DNA of 64,000 bases from an uncultured Acidimicrobiales bacterium (GTDB lineage: Bacteria > Actinomycetota > Acidimicrobiia > Acidimicrobiales > JANYDT01). Below the pieces are notes generated by a model, which saw only the letters and a program-made list of their open reading frames with translations, did no database searches and had not been told where the DNA came from. The stretch is from NCBI GenBank assembly GCA_963763885.1, contig CAVXQD010000003.1, positions 140,085 through 204,084 on the forward strand, written 5' to 3'. This document shows positions 17,790 to 28,120 of this stretch, piece by piece; within the stretch, counting starts at the first letter, position 1, and every line of letters starts with the position of its first letter. Made by a program: the position numbers and the translations under genes.

Positions 17790-18668
17790 TTAGCCCTGCA
17801 GGAACGAAAGAATCGCCGGCCACGCGGCGGGGTCTTGAAACAGGAATCCGTGTCCGCCCTGAAACATCTGCAGCGTGGCATTGGGGATTCGGTCTGTGAG
17901 GGCCTGTGAGTTTGCTGGAGGGGCCTGGCCGTCGAACACCCCCGCACATACCAAGGTGGGTGCCGTGATTGATGTGAGGGCATCCCAGGTGTTGTGATCG
18001 GCACGAGCTTCTAATTGGCGCCGGTAACCGATCAGACCGTCCGGAGTTTCCGCTCGCAGTTGAGCGGCGATCGCACCACGTGCCGCTGCACCAGCAACGC
18101 CCGGCGCGTACGTCGGGGGGTCGGCAGTTGGATTGTTGCGGGTGTCGGAAATGGTGGCGCCGATGACAGCACGGTCTGCCATTGACATCGACTCCAGTGC
18201 GAGCAGGTCATAAGACGACCCGCCAACGCCGCCCGATGACGTGCAACACAACACCAGTCGCCCAACAAATGCGGGATGGCGGATCGCAAGATGTTGGGCA
18301 ACCATGCCACCGAAGCTGATCCCGACCACGCTGACCAGCGCCGAGGTGCCGCTCGTCTCGGCGCTGCCAGCGCTGATCGGGTCGATCTCGTCCACGTCCA
18401 CCAGCCATCGCAGCAGTGCGGCGGCATCGTCTGCGTAGTCGGCCATCGTGTATTTCTGGTCCGGTTTTGAGGTCTGGCCCAACCCGCGCTGGTCGTATCG
18501 GATCACTCGCATTCCGGCCTTCGCTGCCGGGTGCGTCATCCGGTTGCCGTGACGATCAACGTCGGACCGGAGATCACCCCCGGTTCCAGAGATCACCAGC
18601 AGCGTGGGTCCGTTGCGCGGCCCGGAGACTTCGACGTAGACCGAGATCCCGTTGACGTCGGCAAACAC
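17790..18668 (-). CDS. alpha/beta hydrolase
   Basis: 292 aa; nucleophile elbow VVGISFGGMVAQ (GxSxG) and C-terminal GGHGFLFQDP. Confidence 0.85.
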   Translation of the reverse strand: MFADVNGISVYVEVSGPRNGPTLLVISGTGGDLRSDVDRHGNRMTHPAAKAGMRVIRYDQRGLGQTSKPDQKYTMADYADDAAALLRWLVDVDEIDPISAGSAETSGTSALVSVVGISFGGMVAQHLAIRHPAFVGRLVLCCTSSGGVGGSSYDLLALESMSMADRAVIGATISDTRNNPTADPPTYAPGVAGAAARGAIAAQLRAETPDGLIGYRRQLEARADHNTWDALTSITAPTLVCAGVFDGQAPPANSQALTDRIPNATLQMFQGGHGFLFQDPAAWPAILSFLQG

Positions 18669-18674
18669 TTTGGG

Positions 18675-20447
18675 TCAGCCTGCCAGCAGTCGGGCGCGCA
18701 GCTCACGCTTGACCAGTTTGCCGTTCGCGTTACGCGGGATTGCTTCATCCAGCAGCCACACCTGCGAAGGGATCTTGTAGGCAGCCAGCTTGCCCGCGAG
18801 GAACTCCTGCAGCCCGCCCTGATCCAGCGTGGAACCTGGCTTCAGCAGCACGCCCGCTGCAACCGCTTCGCCAAGCCGCTCGTCTGGCACGCCGAACACG
18901 GCGGCTTCGATCACGTCGGGGTGCTCGTAGATGGCGATTTCGACCTCGGAGCAGTAGACGTTTTCGCCGCCGCGCAGCACCATGTCCTTGGCGCGGTCCA
19001 CGATGAACACGAACCCGTCGGCATCGATGCGGGCAATGTCGCCGGTGTTGAACCAGCCGTCTTGGATGGCCTCGGCGGTTGCCTCGACCCTGTTGAGGTA
19101 TCCCTTGATGACGCCTGAACCGCGGACCCACAACACGCCGGTGAGGTCACCACCAGACTGCACAACGTTGCTTTCTTCGTCTCGCAACTGCGCGTCGAAC
19201 GTTGGCATGACCGGTCCACACGACGAGGGCTTCTCGAGGAAGAACGCTGCGCCGTTGGCCGTGACGATGCCGTGTGTTTCGGTGAGCCCATAGCCGGTGG
19301 ACGGAGCGCCGCGCCCTTCGAGTGTCTTGCCAATCTTGCCGACGAGGTCTGGCTGCAAGGGTGCGCCACCTCCGCCGAGGCCAACCATTGACGACGTGTT
19401 GCGAGTTTCCCAGTCAGGGTGCGACAGCAACTCGCGCGCCATGGTTGGCACGCCAGAGAAGTTGGTGACGCCTTCGCGTTCGATCAGCTCGATTGCACGT
19501 GCAGGGTCCCACTTGTGCATGAACACAATCTTTGCGCCGCCCAGGGTGCCGGGGTGCAGGATGCAGTTGTTGGCGGTCACGTGGAACAGGGGAGTGGGCG
19601 CCATGAACACCGACTGTGGAGCCGGCGCACCTGGGGTGGGCGCAGCAGCAGGCGCTGGGTTGAGCGAAGCAAGCGCCCCTCCCGAAGCCGTGGCCCAGAA
19701 GATGATGTTGAAGATGTTGTTGACGCATCCCCGGTGGGTCAGCTGGGCGCCCTTGGGGAAGCCCGTGGTGCCTGAGGTGTAGAAGATGCAGGCGTCGTCG
19801 TTGGGGTCGATCGTTGCGTCGGGCAGCGTTGCGGGGGCAGTGGTCCGATCCACAACCTCTGACCATGCAAGCGAGTCGGCCAGTTCGCCATCCGTACGTG
19901 TACTGCGTACTCGGATGACCGCCAGTGGGTTGTTGGCCCGCAACCCTGCCAGCACTCCGTTGACCCGCTCGAGTCGTTCGTCGTCTGCGATGAGGACCTT
20001 TGGCTTGCTGTCAGCGAGGCCGAATTCCATTTCGGTTGGCGTCCACCAGGCGTTCATGCCAACCACGGTTGCGCCGATGGACAGGGTGGCCCAGTAAGCG
20101 GTGACCCACTCGGGGTAGTTCCGCATTGCGATGGCGACCCGGTCGCCTTGCTGCACGCCGAAGCGGTCGCGGAGTGAGTGTGCGAGTGAGCGAACATCGC
20201 CCCCGATGTCGGCATAGGAGTAGCGCTCGTCTTCGTAGACGAGGTACATGAGCGTGCGATCTGCTTCGCGAGCCATACCGAGTGCCCATAGGTCGCGCAT
20301 GGTTCCTGGAGCGTTTGCGAAGACCCGCAAGGGGACGCCGTTGACCTCGATCGGCGTCATGGCGAACAGTCCGCCGGGGGCGATCAGTGCCTCCCACGAG
20401 GTGTGGAGGGCAGCAACGAGCGAAGGGGACGAATCCGGTTGAGTCAC
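18675..20447 (-). CDS. AMP-dependent acyl-CoA synthetase/ligase
   Basis: 590 aa; AMP-binding motif IFYTSGTTGFPKGAQLTH, YGLTE, GWFNTGDIARIDADGFVFIVDRAKD, C-terminal YKIPSQVWLLDEAIPRNANGKLVKRELR. Confidence 0.9.
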   Translation of the reverse strand: MTQPDSSPSLVAALHTSWEALIAPGGLFAMTPIEVNGVPLRVFANAPGTMRDLWALGMAREADRTLMYLVYEDERYSYADIGGDVRSLAHSLRDRFGVQQGDRVAIAMRNYPEWVTAYWATLSIGATVVGMNAWWTPTEMEFGLADSKPKVLIADDERLERVNGVLAGLRANNPLAVIRVRSTRTDGELADSLAWSEVVDRTTAPATLPDATIDPNDDACIFYTSGTTGFPKGAQLTHRGCVNNIFNIIFWATASGGALASLNPAPAAAPTPGAPAPQSVFMAPTPLFHVTANNCILHPGTLGGAKIVFMHKWDPARAIELIEREGVTNFSGVPTMARELLSHPDWETRNTSSMVGLGGGGAPLQPDLVGKIGKTLEGRGAPSTGYGLTETHGIVTANGAAFFLEKPSSCGPVMPTFDAQLRDEESNVVQSGGDLTGVLWVRGSGVIKGYLNRVEATAEAIQDGWFNTGDIARIDADGFVFIVDRAKDMVLRGGENVYCSEVEIAIYEHPDVIEAAVFGVPDERLGEAVAAGVLLKPGSTLDQGGLQEFLAGKLAAYKIPSQVWLLDEAIPRNANGKLVKRELRARLLAG

Positions 20448-20509
20448 CCCCAGTTCTTAGTGGATCATGTGCTTCCAGGACCAGTCAGAGGTGCCGAGGA
20501 TCGGCGGCC

Positions 20510-21070
20510 CTAGTCCGGGGCGTGCCAGGCCCGCACGTCTGGAAGGTTGCGCCAGCGTTGTGCGGTGTCGAGGCCGTAGCCGACCAGCCAGTCGTCTGGG
20601 ATGGTGCGACCCACGTAGCGAAGTCCGGCCGTGTCCACGTGAGGAACGGTCTGGCGGACAAGGAGCGCGCACACCTCCACGCTTGCTGCGCCGCGGTCGG
20701 CCAACAGTCTGCGTACATAGTTCATGGTGAGGCCGGAGTCGATGATTTCGTCGACCAGGATGACGTGGCGTCCGGTGACGTCGGTCTCGAGATCCTTGAG
20801 GATGCGCACCACGCCGCTGCTCTTGGTGGTGGCGCCGTACGACGACACCGCCATGAAGTCAACCTCGACGCTCCATTGGATGGCGCGCGCAAGATCTGCC
20901 ATGAAGACGAACGCGCCACGCAGCACGCCGACCAGCAGGGGGTCGAGACCTGCGTAGTCGGTGGTGATGCGATGGCCGAGCCCGCTGACAATCTGCGCGA
21001 GCTCTGCCTGGCTGACGAGGATCTCGCCAAGCTCAGGGTGTTGCAACGGCTGAGGTTCTTCAGCAGGCAC
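20510..21070 (-). CDS. hpt: hypoxanthine phosphoribosyltransferase
   Basis: 186 aa; PRPP-binding loop HVILVDEIIDSGLTMNY and FVGYGLD-like LVGYGLDTAQRWRNLP. Confidence 0.9.
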   Translation of the reverse strand: MPAEEPQPLQHPELGEILVSQAELAQIVSGLGHRITTDYAGLDPLLVGVLRGAFVFMADLARAIQWSVEVDFMAVSSYGATTKSSGVVRILKDLETDVTGRHVILVDEIIDSGLTMNYVRRLLADRGAASVEVCALLVRQTVPHVDTAGLRYVGRTIPDDWLVGYGLDTAQRWRNLPDVRAWHAPD

Positions 21071-21087
21071 GTGCGTGCAGCCGTTAC

Positions 21088-21405
21088 TTAGAAGCGACGT
21101 TCGTTCGTCTTCTTCTTGGGCGGAGCGGTAAATGGAGCCTCGATGAGTGCGCCGAACGCAGCGTCTTCAGGCTGGCGTGGGTTGTTGAGGTTCTGCAGGA
21201 AGAGCTTCAACGCAGCACGTGCAGGTGCGACGTGGTCGCCTTTCAGTGCGGTTGAGCGAGCCAAAGCGTCCTTGGCCTGGGCGACGCGCTCTTTGCGCTT
21301 GGCCTTCTCTTCTTCGGAACGTTCCGTCTTTGGTCCGGCGTTCTTGGCGGCGGTCGCAGCTGCTGCGAGTTCTGCGGCGGTCGTGAGCTTGGCGCGGATG
21401 GCCAC
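21088..21405 (-). CDS. hypothetical Ala/Lys-rich protein
   Basis: 105-aa ORF immediately upstream of hpt on the same strand. No recognisable domain. Confidence 0.4.
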   Translation of the reverse strand: MAIRAKLTTAAELAAAATAAKNAGPKTERSEEEKAKRKERVAQAKDALARSTALKGDHVAPARAALKLFLQNLNNPRQPEDAAFGALIEAPFTAPPKKKTNERRF

Positions 21406-21600
21406 TGGAATCGTCTCCGAAAGAGGGTGGGGCTGATGGACCAGTCAAGGTTAGGCGATAGGAGGTGCCCGGACGGACGGGGCCCGAATTTGCCTTCTGG
21501 CGCTCGTACTCAGCCTCCTTGGCCACCACACGGAAGCAGTTTCCCGGAAATTTTCAGATGCAGCTGAAAGGAACCGAACGACTCCGGGCTCTTTGCTTTC

Positions 21601-23713
21601 ATGAGGTCGGTAAACGTCGGGAGCGCCCGACGATCAGGTGGCTGGGGGTCTGGTGGGCATCGGATCGCGGCGCTTGACGGAGTCCGGGCCATTGCAATTG
21701 CGGCCGTTGTGGCCTTCCACGCAGATCTGAGCGTGGATCCCCGGTGGGTTCCTCGGGGTTGAGGTGTTCTTCGTTCTGTCCGGGTTTCTGGTTGGGAACT
21801 GGTTGCTCGCGTCGGTGCGCGTCGGTCCCGGCCGAGTGGAGCACTCAATCCGATCTGGTTCTTCTCTCTGGCAACAGTTCTTGCGGCGTCGTGCGCGTCG
21901 GCTGATACCCGCTCTGGTTGCGTGCGTTGGCGTGGTGGGGATTGTGGTTGCGGCCGGTTACCCAGACGACCCGAATCAGTGGACAGCCTGGTGGCGCGGC
22001 GGGCTGGGCGGGCTTACCGGGACAGCGAACTGGGTGGAGATGGTGACGCAGCGGGACTACTTCGCCTCGTCGGGCAGGGGTGCGGTGTTTGGGCACCTGT
22101 GGTCTCTCGGTGTTGAGATGCAGGCGTACCTACTGCTTGCGGTGCTGGTTCCGGTCGTTTGGCGGTTGGTCGGATTTCGTTGCGCCGAAGTATTTGCAGT
22201 CCTTGCGACGCTTTCCTACTCATGGCAGGCCGTGGTGGCGACAGCTGCTGCAAAGGACGGGTCCATGGGCGGCGGCCACGCGTACTTTGGGACGGACACG
22301 CGGATCGGAGCGGTGTTCCTCGGTGTCGCGACGGCTGCGTTTGTCCGCCGGTCTGCGTCGCGTGAACCAGTGCTCTTTCCGTGGGTCGCCGAGGCCATCG
22401 TGTCGGTTGCGCTGCTGGGTTTGCTGCTGCTGTTCGTGCACGTGGAAGGGACTGATCTCTCGCTCTATCGCGGTTGGTTCTGTCTCACGGCTCTGTCGAC
22501 GGCGGTGGTCATCGGCGCATCGTGTGTGGCTTCGCAACAGGGCATCTCCACGCGCGCAGCTTGGCTGTTGGGTTCGCCACCGATGCGGTGGCTTGGGTCG
22601 CGTTCCTATGGCGTGTACTTGTGGCATTGGCCGGTATTTGTCATGACCCGCCCGATTGCCGGCGTGCCGATGTCCGCGTGGGGTTTTGCGCAGAGGGTGG
22701 TGCTAGTTGCGATTCTGTCCGAGGTCTCCTTCACGTGGATCGAAACAACACCTGTAACTGCGATCAACGCAATGGAGAACTGGCGCTTCAACTGGCACAT
22801 CAACGTGCCCCGGCTGGTCGTTCCACTCCGCATCGTGCCGGCTCCCCGGCGGGCTGCCGAACTGGTGGGCGCCGCAATGGTCGGCAGCGTCATCACATTG
22901 GTGGCGACCTTGGGTGCGGTGACCTCGGCTGCGGCGCCAGCTGCCTCGCGTCTCGCACCTGTGCCGTTGGCGAGTGGCATTGGCGAACTGATTCCGGTGT
23001 CGGCCGATCCGTCTTCGACAACTGTAGGTGCACCTACAACATTGCACATCTCGTCCAATGAACAGCTGCCTGAGTCGACGCTGCCGTCAACCGCGCTCCT
23101 TTCAACCGCGCTGCTGTCAACCACGGTGCTGCTAACTACGCTCCCGTCCACGGTTCCCGCAACGACATTTCCTCCGTTGGTGTTCGACCCGGCAAACGTG
23201 ACCATCATCGGTGACTCCGTGCTGCAAGCGGCATCCCCGGCACTGCGGGCGCGGCTTGGGCAGTCGATCGTGATCGACGCGAAAATCGGCCGGCAGTTTG
23301 TGCAAGCTGGTTCGGTGGTGGACGGGCTTCGAGTCGAGGGGCGATTGCGGGCGATGGTGGTTGTTGCGTTGGGAACAAACGGGCCGTTTAACGATGCGGC
23401 AATCGATGGGCTTATTGCGCAACTTGCGGATAGAGAGCTGGTTGCATTTGTGATGGTCAAAGCGCCGCGGCGATGGGAAGGTAAGGTCAATCAGACGCTT
23501 CGACGAGCACAAGAGCGTCATCCCAACGTGATCGTGATTGATTGGCCAACCGTGGTGCAACAGCGGCGCTTGCGCCTACCAGATGGTGTGCACCCGGCTC
23601 CAGTGGCTGCATCGGTCTATGCCGAGTTGCTGGTTGGGGCGCTCTCTGGGGCTGTGCAGGCGTGGCCTTGTTCAAGTCCAGCAGGTTGCTCCACGTCCAC
23701 GGTGCTTCCATGA
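21601..23713 (+). pseudogene. acyltransferase-3 (OafA/YrhL-like) plus C-terminal SGNH domain, interrupted by a +1 frameshift in a C4 run
   Basis: Frame 1 from ATG 21601 gives ...RIAALDGVRAIAIAAVVAFHADLSVDP and stops at 21760. Frame 2 continues GGFLGVEVFFVLSGFLVGNWLL... to 23713. Deleting one C of cccc (21739-21742) restores the conserved FHA...GGFLGV(D/E)VFFVLSGFL block. May be a sequencing error, phase variation or true decay. Confidence 0.7.
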
Positions 23714-24240
23714 CGCGGCTGCGGGTTGTTCGCAACGAAGTGGACGCTGCGGGCAGTTCGGACTCGGCGCCCGTTGCTGCCAGGCGAGATCCGTTCGAGG
23801 AATTTGTCGAGGTGGAGAGCGGCCGACTTCGTGCCGTGCTCGTTGCGCGCTACGGCGTGGAGGTCGGGTGCGACGCGCACGCTGATGCGTTGGGATGGGC
23901 ATGGCAGAACTGGGATCGGCTTGTGGTGATGGACAACCCCGTCGGCTACCTGTACCGGGTTGCTCAGTCTGCAACGCGGTCGCAACGACGATGGTTGACC
24001 CGCCACTCGTTTCCTGCACGTATGCCAGAGCGGTGGCATGTTGATGCGGACGTGTCGTTGATGACCTCACTTGCTCGGCTGACCGAGCCTCAGCGTGTTG
24101 CGCTTCTGATGGTCCACGGCCACCAATGGTCATACGCCGAAGTTGCAGAGGTGCTTGGGTGTTCCGTCAGTGCAGTTACTAATCATGTGCATCGAGGGCT
24201 TTCGGCGATGCGTAAACAACTGGTAGAGGAGGACTCATGA
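23710..24240 (+). CDS. ECF-type RNA polymerase sigma factor
   Basis: Region 2 (FEEFVEVESGRLRAVLVARYG...AWQNWDRL...NPVGYLYRVA) and region 4 HTH (LTEPQRVALLMVHGHQWSYAEVAEVLGCSVSAVTNHVHRGL). ATGA overlap with the acyltransferase stop. Confidence 0.85.
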   Translation: MTRLRVVRNEVDAAGSSDSAPVAARRDPFEEFVEVESGRLRAVLVARYGVEVGCDAHADALGWAWQNWDRLVVMDNPVGYLYRVAQSATRSQRRWLTRHSFPARMPERWHVDADVSLMTSLARLTEPQRVALLMVHGHQWSYAEVAEVLGCSVSAVTNHVHRGLSAMRKQLVEEDS

Positions 24241-24992
24241 ACGACGTTCCGGACTCGGAACTATCAGCGCGCATATCACGGGTCGCGGAGTCGCTTGATT
24301 CTGCCGCTGATCGATATCAGCGAGAGGTCGTTGGTCGACGCCGTGGTGGAACTGCGAGCCACCAGGGGGCCCGGGTCCGTTTCCTGGGCGGTATTGCAGC
24401 GGCATCGGCTCTGGCTGTGGTCGCAACGATTTCTCTCACGAATCGAGACGTTCGGACAACGGACTTGGCGGTCGACGCGGCCGCAGCGTCAAGCAGCCCA
24501 GGATCTGGTGCATCTGCAGAGCAGGCGTCGGTGCCCCCAGTGGCCGTAACGACGGCCGTCCCAACGTTTGATCCGGCCGCTGTCTACCCGAGCACCACAA
24601 CCTTTGAGCCCTTGCAGGTTGTTGACCTTGGTTGGCAGTCGTCGCCAACCGAGATCGTGTTCCCGGCCGGTGCCGCAGCTGTTGAGCTGCGTGCCTGGTT
24701 CGGGGATGTCGCTGCGGGATCCGTCGGTGGGTCCGTCACTACGCTCGACGTCGGGCCCGAGCACGGGTCCGGCACATTCCGTGCCAAAGCGAATCAGAAG
24801 ATTTCGGTCTCGGCGCAGTTCGCAGCTACGGTCACCGTCTCGTTGTTGGACACCACCACAACCGATCCTGTGGTTGCCGTGTTCACGTTGCCAGGATTGG
24901 GTTCAGCCCGGCTGCCGGCCACTGGGCGCTACTCAATTCAGGTCGATACGCAGGTGATAGAGCCGTCCAAGATCATGTTGTGGATCAGGTAG
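24237..24992 (+). CDS. single-pass membrane protein co-transcribed with the ECF sigma (possible anti-sigma factor)
   Basis: ATGA overlap with the sigma stop. One TM (FLGGIAAASALAVVATISL) followed by a Ser/Ala/Thr-rich extracytoplasmic domain. No zf-HC2 motif seen. Confidence 0.5.
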   Translation: MNDVPDSELSARISRVAESLDSAADRYQREVVGRRRGGTASHQGARVRFLGGIAAASALAVVATISLTNRDVRTTDLAVDAAAASSSPGSGASAEQASVPPVAVTTAVPTFDPAAVYPSTTTFEPLQVVDLGWQSSPTEIVFPAGAAAVELRAWFGDVAAGSVGGSVTTLDVGPEHGSGTFRAKANQKISVSAQFAATVTVSLLDTTTTDPVVAVFTLPGLGSARLPATGRYSIQVDTQVIEPSKIMLWIR

Positions 24993-25000
24993 GGCCCGAT

Positions 25001-27022
25001 TCAGGACCAGGTGAACTCTGCCGGGTCGACTTGTCGGGTGGAATGCCAGTAGTCGATGAGGCGGAACGGCATCGGTGACACAACCCGGCCAAACCGGTTG
25101 CGGTAGTAAGTGGACATGCCAGGGTGCGTCCAGATGAGCGTTTCGTGTTCGGCGTCGACTCGTTGGACGTACTCGTCTCGGACGGCATCGTGCACCTCCA
25201 TGGAGGCGTGGCCAGACGACAGGAGTTCAACGATGCACGACGTGATGTAGCGGGTCTGCGCCTCGGCCATCAGGAACCCGCTGCCTCCATGTCCGGCGTT
25301 GGTGTTGGGGCCACCCATCAGGAACAGGTTGGGAAATCCGGGGACCGTGATGCCCAAGTGCGCCGTTGGGTTGTCATCGGCCCAATCGTCTGCAAGGCGC
25401 TTTGCATTGCGGCCGGTGATGTTGAGGCGCGCCGCATGGTCGGTGACGCTGAACCCGGTAGCCACGACCACAACGTCTGCGTCGTGATGCGTGCCGTCTG
25501 CGGTGAGAACACCAGTTTCGTCAAGGCTCGTGATGGCATCGGTTGCCAGCGTCACGTGTGGTTGCTTCAGCGCAGCAAACCATCCCTTGTCCAGCAGGAT
25601 TCGCTTGCCGTATGGAGGGTAGGTCGGCACGCACTTTTCGATGAGGTCGGGCCGGCCATCCAGCTGCTGGAGGATGTGGCTGGTCATCTCTTCGCGGTGT
25701 CGGTCGTTGATGCGGTTGAGGGACCGTTCTGGGTGCGGCCACTCGGGGTCCTTCTTCAAGAACCGGAGGAGCCCGTCGCCGTAACGCCAGAACTGCGTGA
25801 AGCGGGTCCAAGTGCCGTAATACGGCAGGTTGCGAAAGAGCCACTCTTCAGCGGGACGGACCGGGTCGTTGAGGTGCGGCACGTTGCGAGCCCACTGGGG
25901 AGAGCGTTGGAAGATTGTCAGTGCGCGTACGGTGTCGACGATGGCAGGCACGATCTGCATGGACGATGCGCCGGTGCCGATGACGGCCACTTGCTTGTCC
26001 GTGAGATCCAAATTGTCGGGCCATCTAGCGGTGTGGAACATGGGTCCCGTGAATCGCTCCTGCCCGGGAAAGCTTGCGACCTCCGGGCGGTTGAAGTGGC
26101 CGATGGCGCCAACCACTACGCGCGCATTGATTGTGGATTCGCCGGCCGGAGTGGATACCGATACGTACCAGCGTTGCCCTGCGTCGGACCACAACACCTG
26201 CCGCACCTCGGTGTTGTATTCCACAGTCTGGGTCAGCTCTTGGTCTGCAGCGACGTTCTGCACGTAGCCAAGCAGTTCGTCGCGCTGTGAGAAGAAGTGG
26301 GTCCAGCCCGGGTTAGGCGCGAAGGAGTAGCTATAGAAGTGGTTGGGTGTGTCCACGCCGCAGCCCGGATACCGGTTCTCGAACCACGTGCCGCCGACCT
26401 GCGCGTTCTTCTCGACGATGCGGTATGCAATGCCCAGGCGACGCATCTGCAACGCGAGGCACAGGCCCGAGATGCCTGCTCCGATGATGAGCACGGAGGT
26501 GGAGTCTTCGCCGTCAGCGAGGTGTCGCGAGATGTCGCCGTTGCTGGAGGTGTCGCGGTCGGCGGCGGTCGGCCAGTCGATGACCCCCGCGTCGAAGCCC
26601 ATGTCGATGCGAACCATGGGGAGATACTCGGGCGGCACCTGTTCGCCCAGACAGACGTTCATCATGTCGGCGAGTAGTTCGTTGCCCGGGTCCCCAATTG
26701 TCGGAGTGGCAAAGGAACCGTTCTGCACCAGACCCCTGATTGCATCACGGATCTCGTCGGCCAGTTCGTCAGTGAAACCGGACTGTGGGTCAGCGATCAA
26801 CCGCACGTCGCGGCGTGGCGTGAACGGCGGTTGCATCCAGCGGCGGTCGCCGGTCAAATGGACGAGGCACATCAGCAAGACACGCAGGTCCGCGTCGGCC
26901 AGCGCTGCGGTCAAATCGTCAGTCTGCTGCTGGTCGCCGTTGTATGGCATGAGGCGGAGTGTACGCCGAGGGCATGGAATGGCAGGAATCGAGTCAAGAG
27001 TCGGTAGTTTCACCGATGACAA
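25001..27022 (-). CDS. flavin-dependent (Baeyer-Villiger type) monooxygenase
   Basis: FAD fold VLIIGAGISGLCLA, BVMO fingerprint FTGPMFHTARWP (FxGxxxHxxxWP), second Rossmann VAVIGTGASSMQ. Start uncertain (27022 or ATG 26950). Confidence 0.85.
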   Translation of the reverse strand: MSSVKLPTLDSIPAIPCPRRTLRLMPYNGDQQQTDDLTAALADADLRVLLMCLVHLTGDRRWMQPPFTPRRDVRLIADPQSGFTDELADEIRDAIRGLVQNGSFATPTIGDPGNELLADMMNVCLGEQVPPEYLPMVRIDMGFDAGVIDWPTAADRDTSSNGDISRHLADGEDSTSVLIIGAGISGLCLALQMRRLGIAYRIVEKNAQVGGTWFENRYPGCGVDTPNHFYSYSFAPNPGWTHFFSQRDELLGYVQNVAADQELTQTVEYNTEVRQVLWSDAGQRWYVSVSTPAGESTINARVVVGAIGHFNRPEVASFPGQERFTGPMFHTARWPDNLDLTDKQVAVIGTGASSMQIVPAIVDTVRALTIFQRSPQWARNVPHLNDPVRPAEEWLFRNLPYYGTWTRFTQFWRYGDGLLRFLKKDPEWPHPERSLNRINDRHREEMTSHILQQLDGRPDLIEKCVPTYPPYGKRILLDKGWFAALKQPHVTLATDAITSLDETGVLTADGTHHDADVVVVATGFSVTDHAARLNITGRNAKRLADDWADDNPTAHLGITVPGFPNLFLMGGPNTNAGHGGSGFLMAEAQTRYITSCIVELLSSGHASMEVHDAVRDEYVQRVDAEHETLIWTHPGMSTYYRNRFGRVVSPMPFRLIDYWHSTRQVDPAEFTWS

Positions 27023-27199
27023 TCGGGACGGCGTTGCTTAATGTGACCCACAGTGGCGCGAGCGGGGCGGGTAGTCCCGGTCTGGTCACAGTGGAAACGA
27101 CGGACTTCCATTGTGGCTGGATTGAGACGGACGCTTCTCGTCGGGGCGAACCGACTCCGGACGTGCGATGGGCGCACCTACGGACTACGGTGCGCGGTG

Positions 27200-28063
27200 A
27201 TGACAGGTCCCACGCCCCTGCACGATTACGAGTTCGACCTTCGAGGGTTCCTCGTTTTGCCCGGCGCGCTTGGCGAGGCCGAGGTGGGTGCGCTCAACGC
27301 TGCCTATGACCGGTTCCCGGAGATCGGGACCGGCGAGTGGTACGGAAACGCACAACGCAGGGACTACACAGCCGACACCGGGTTTGAGCTGCACAACCTG
27401 TTGGATTGCGGTGATCCAGCGTTCGACTTGCTGATCGACCATCCCAGCTGGATCCAGCACGTGAACCATTACGCGGGCGAAGAAGGGACGTACGTCCAAG
27501 GTGTGACGATCGACGAGAGCATCGCCACCATTCGGCAATCGGGCGGGCATCACCCTGTTCACTCGGGTGGACACGATGCATCCGTACGTACTCAGTACGC
27601 ATATCGAAACGGGAGGTTCCGCTGTGGCCAGGTCAACGTGTTGTTGGCGTTGACCGACATTGGACCCGGCGACGGTGCAACGATGGTGATTCCGGGAAGC
27701 CACAAGTCCAACCTGCCTCACCCCTTGGCAGGTAGCTATGTTCGGGGCGATCGGATGGATGCGTTGCCGGGGGCGATCGAGTGCCACGTGAAGGCAGGCG
27801 ACGCGTTGCTCTTCGTTGACTCGCTCATGCACGGCGGCTCCAGTCGGACAACGCTTGAGGGGGAGCGGCGTGTGATCATCCTGCGGTATGGGCCGCCGTG
27901 GGCACGTAGCCGCTACGGCTACCAGTGGTCCGACGAGCTGCTCGATCGTCTAACCCCTGATCGGCGAGACATCCTCCAGCCGATGCCGCCGATGGCGCGT
28001 GGGTCGACGCGTATCCCCACCGACATGTTCGTCAAACAGATGGCCGGCAAAAGCGACCAGTAA
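27200..28063 (+). CDS. phytanoyl-CoA dioxygenase (PhyH) family Fe(II)/2OG oxygenase
   Basis: MTGPTPLHDYEFDLRGFLVLPGAL...; metal ligands in HPVHSGGHD and MVIPGSHKSN...LMHGGS. Confidence 0.85.
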   Translation: MTGPTPLHDYEFDLRGFLVLPGALGEAEVGALNAAYDRFPEIGTGEWYGNAQRRDYTADTGFELHNLLDCGDPAFDLLIDHPSWIQHVNHYAGEEGTYVQGVTIDESIATIRQSGGHHPVHSGGHDASVRTQYAYRNGRFRCGQVNVLLALTDIGPGDGATMVIPGSHKSNLPHPLAGSYVRGDRMDALPGAIECHVKAGDALLFVDSLMHGGSSRTTLEGERRVIILRYGPPWARSRYGYQWSDELLDRLTPDRRDILQPMPPMARGSTRIPTDMFVKQMAGKSDQ

Positions 28064-28120
28064 CGCGGACCTGCGTTGCGCTGCCAGCGCGTATCGGGAG
28101 TGCGGTGCGAGAGTGGTGAA

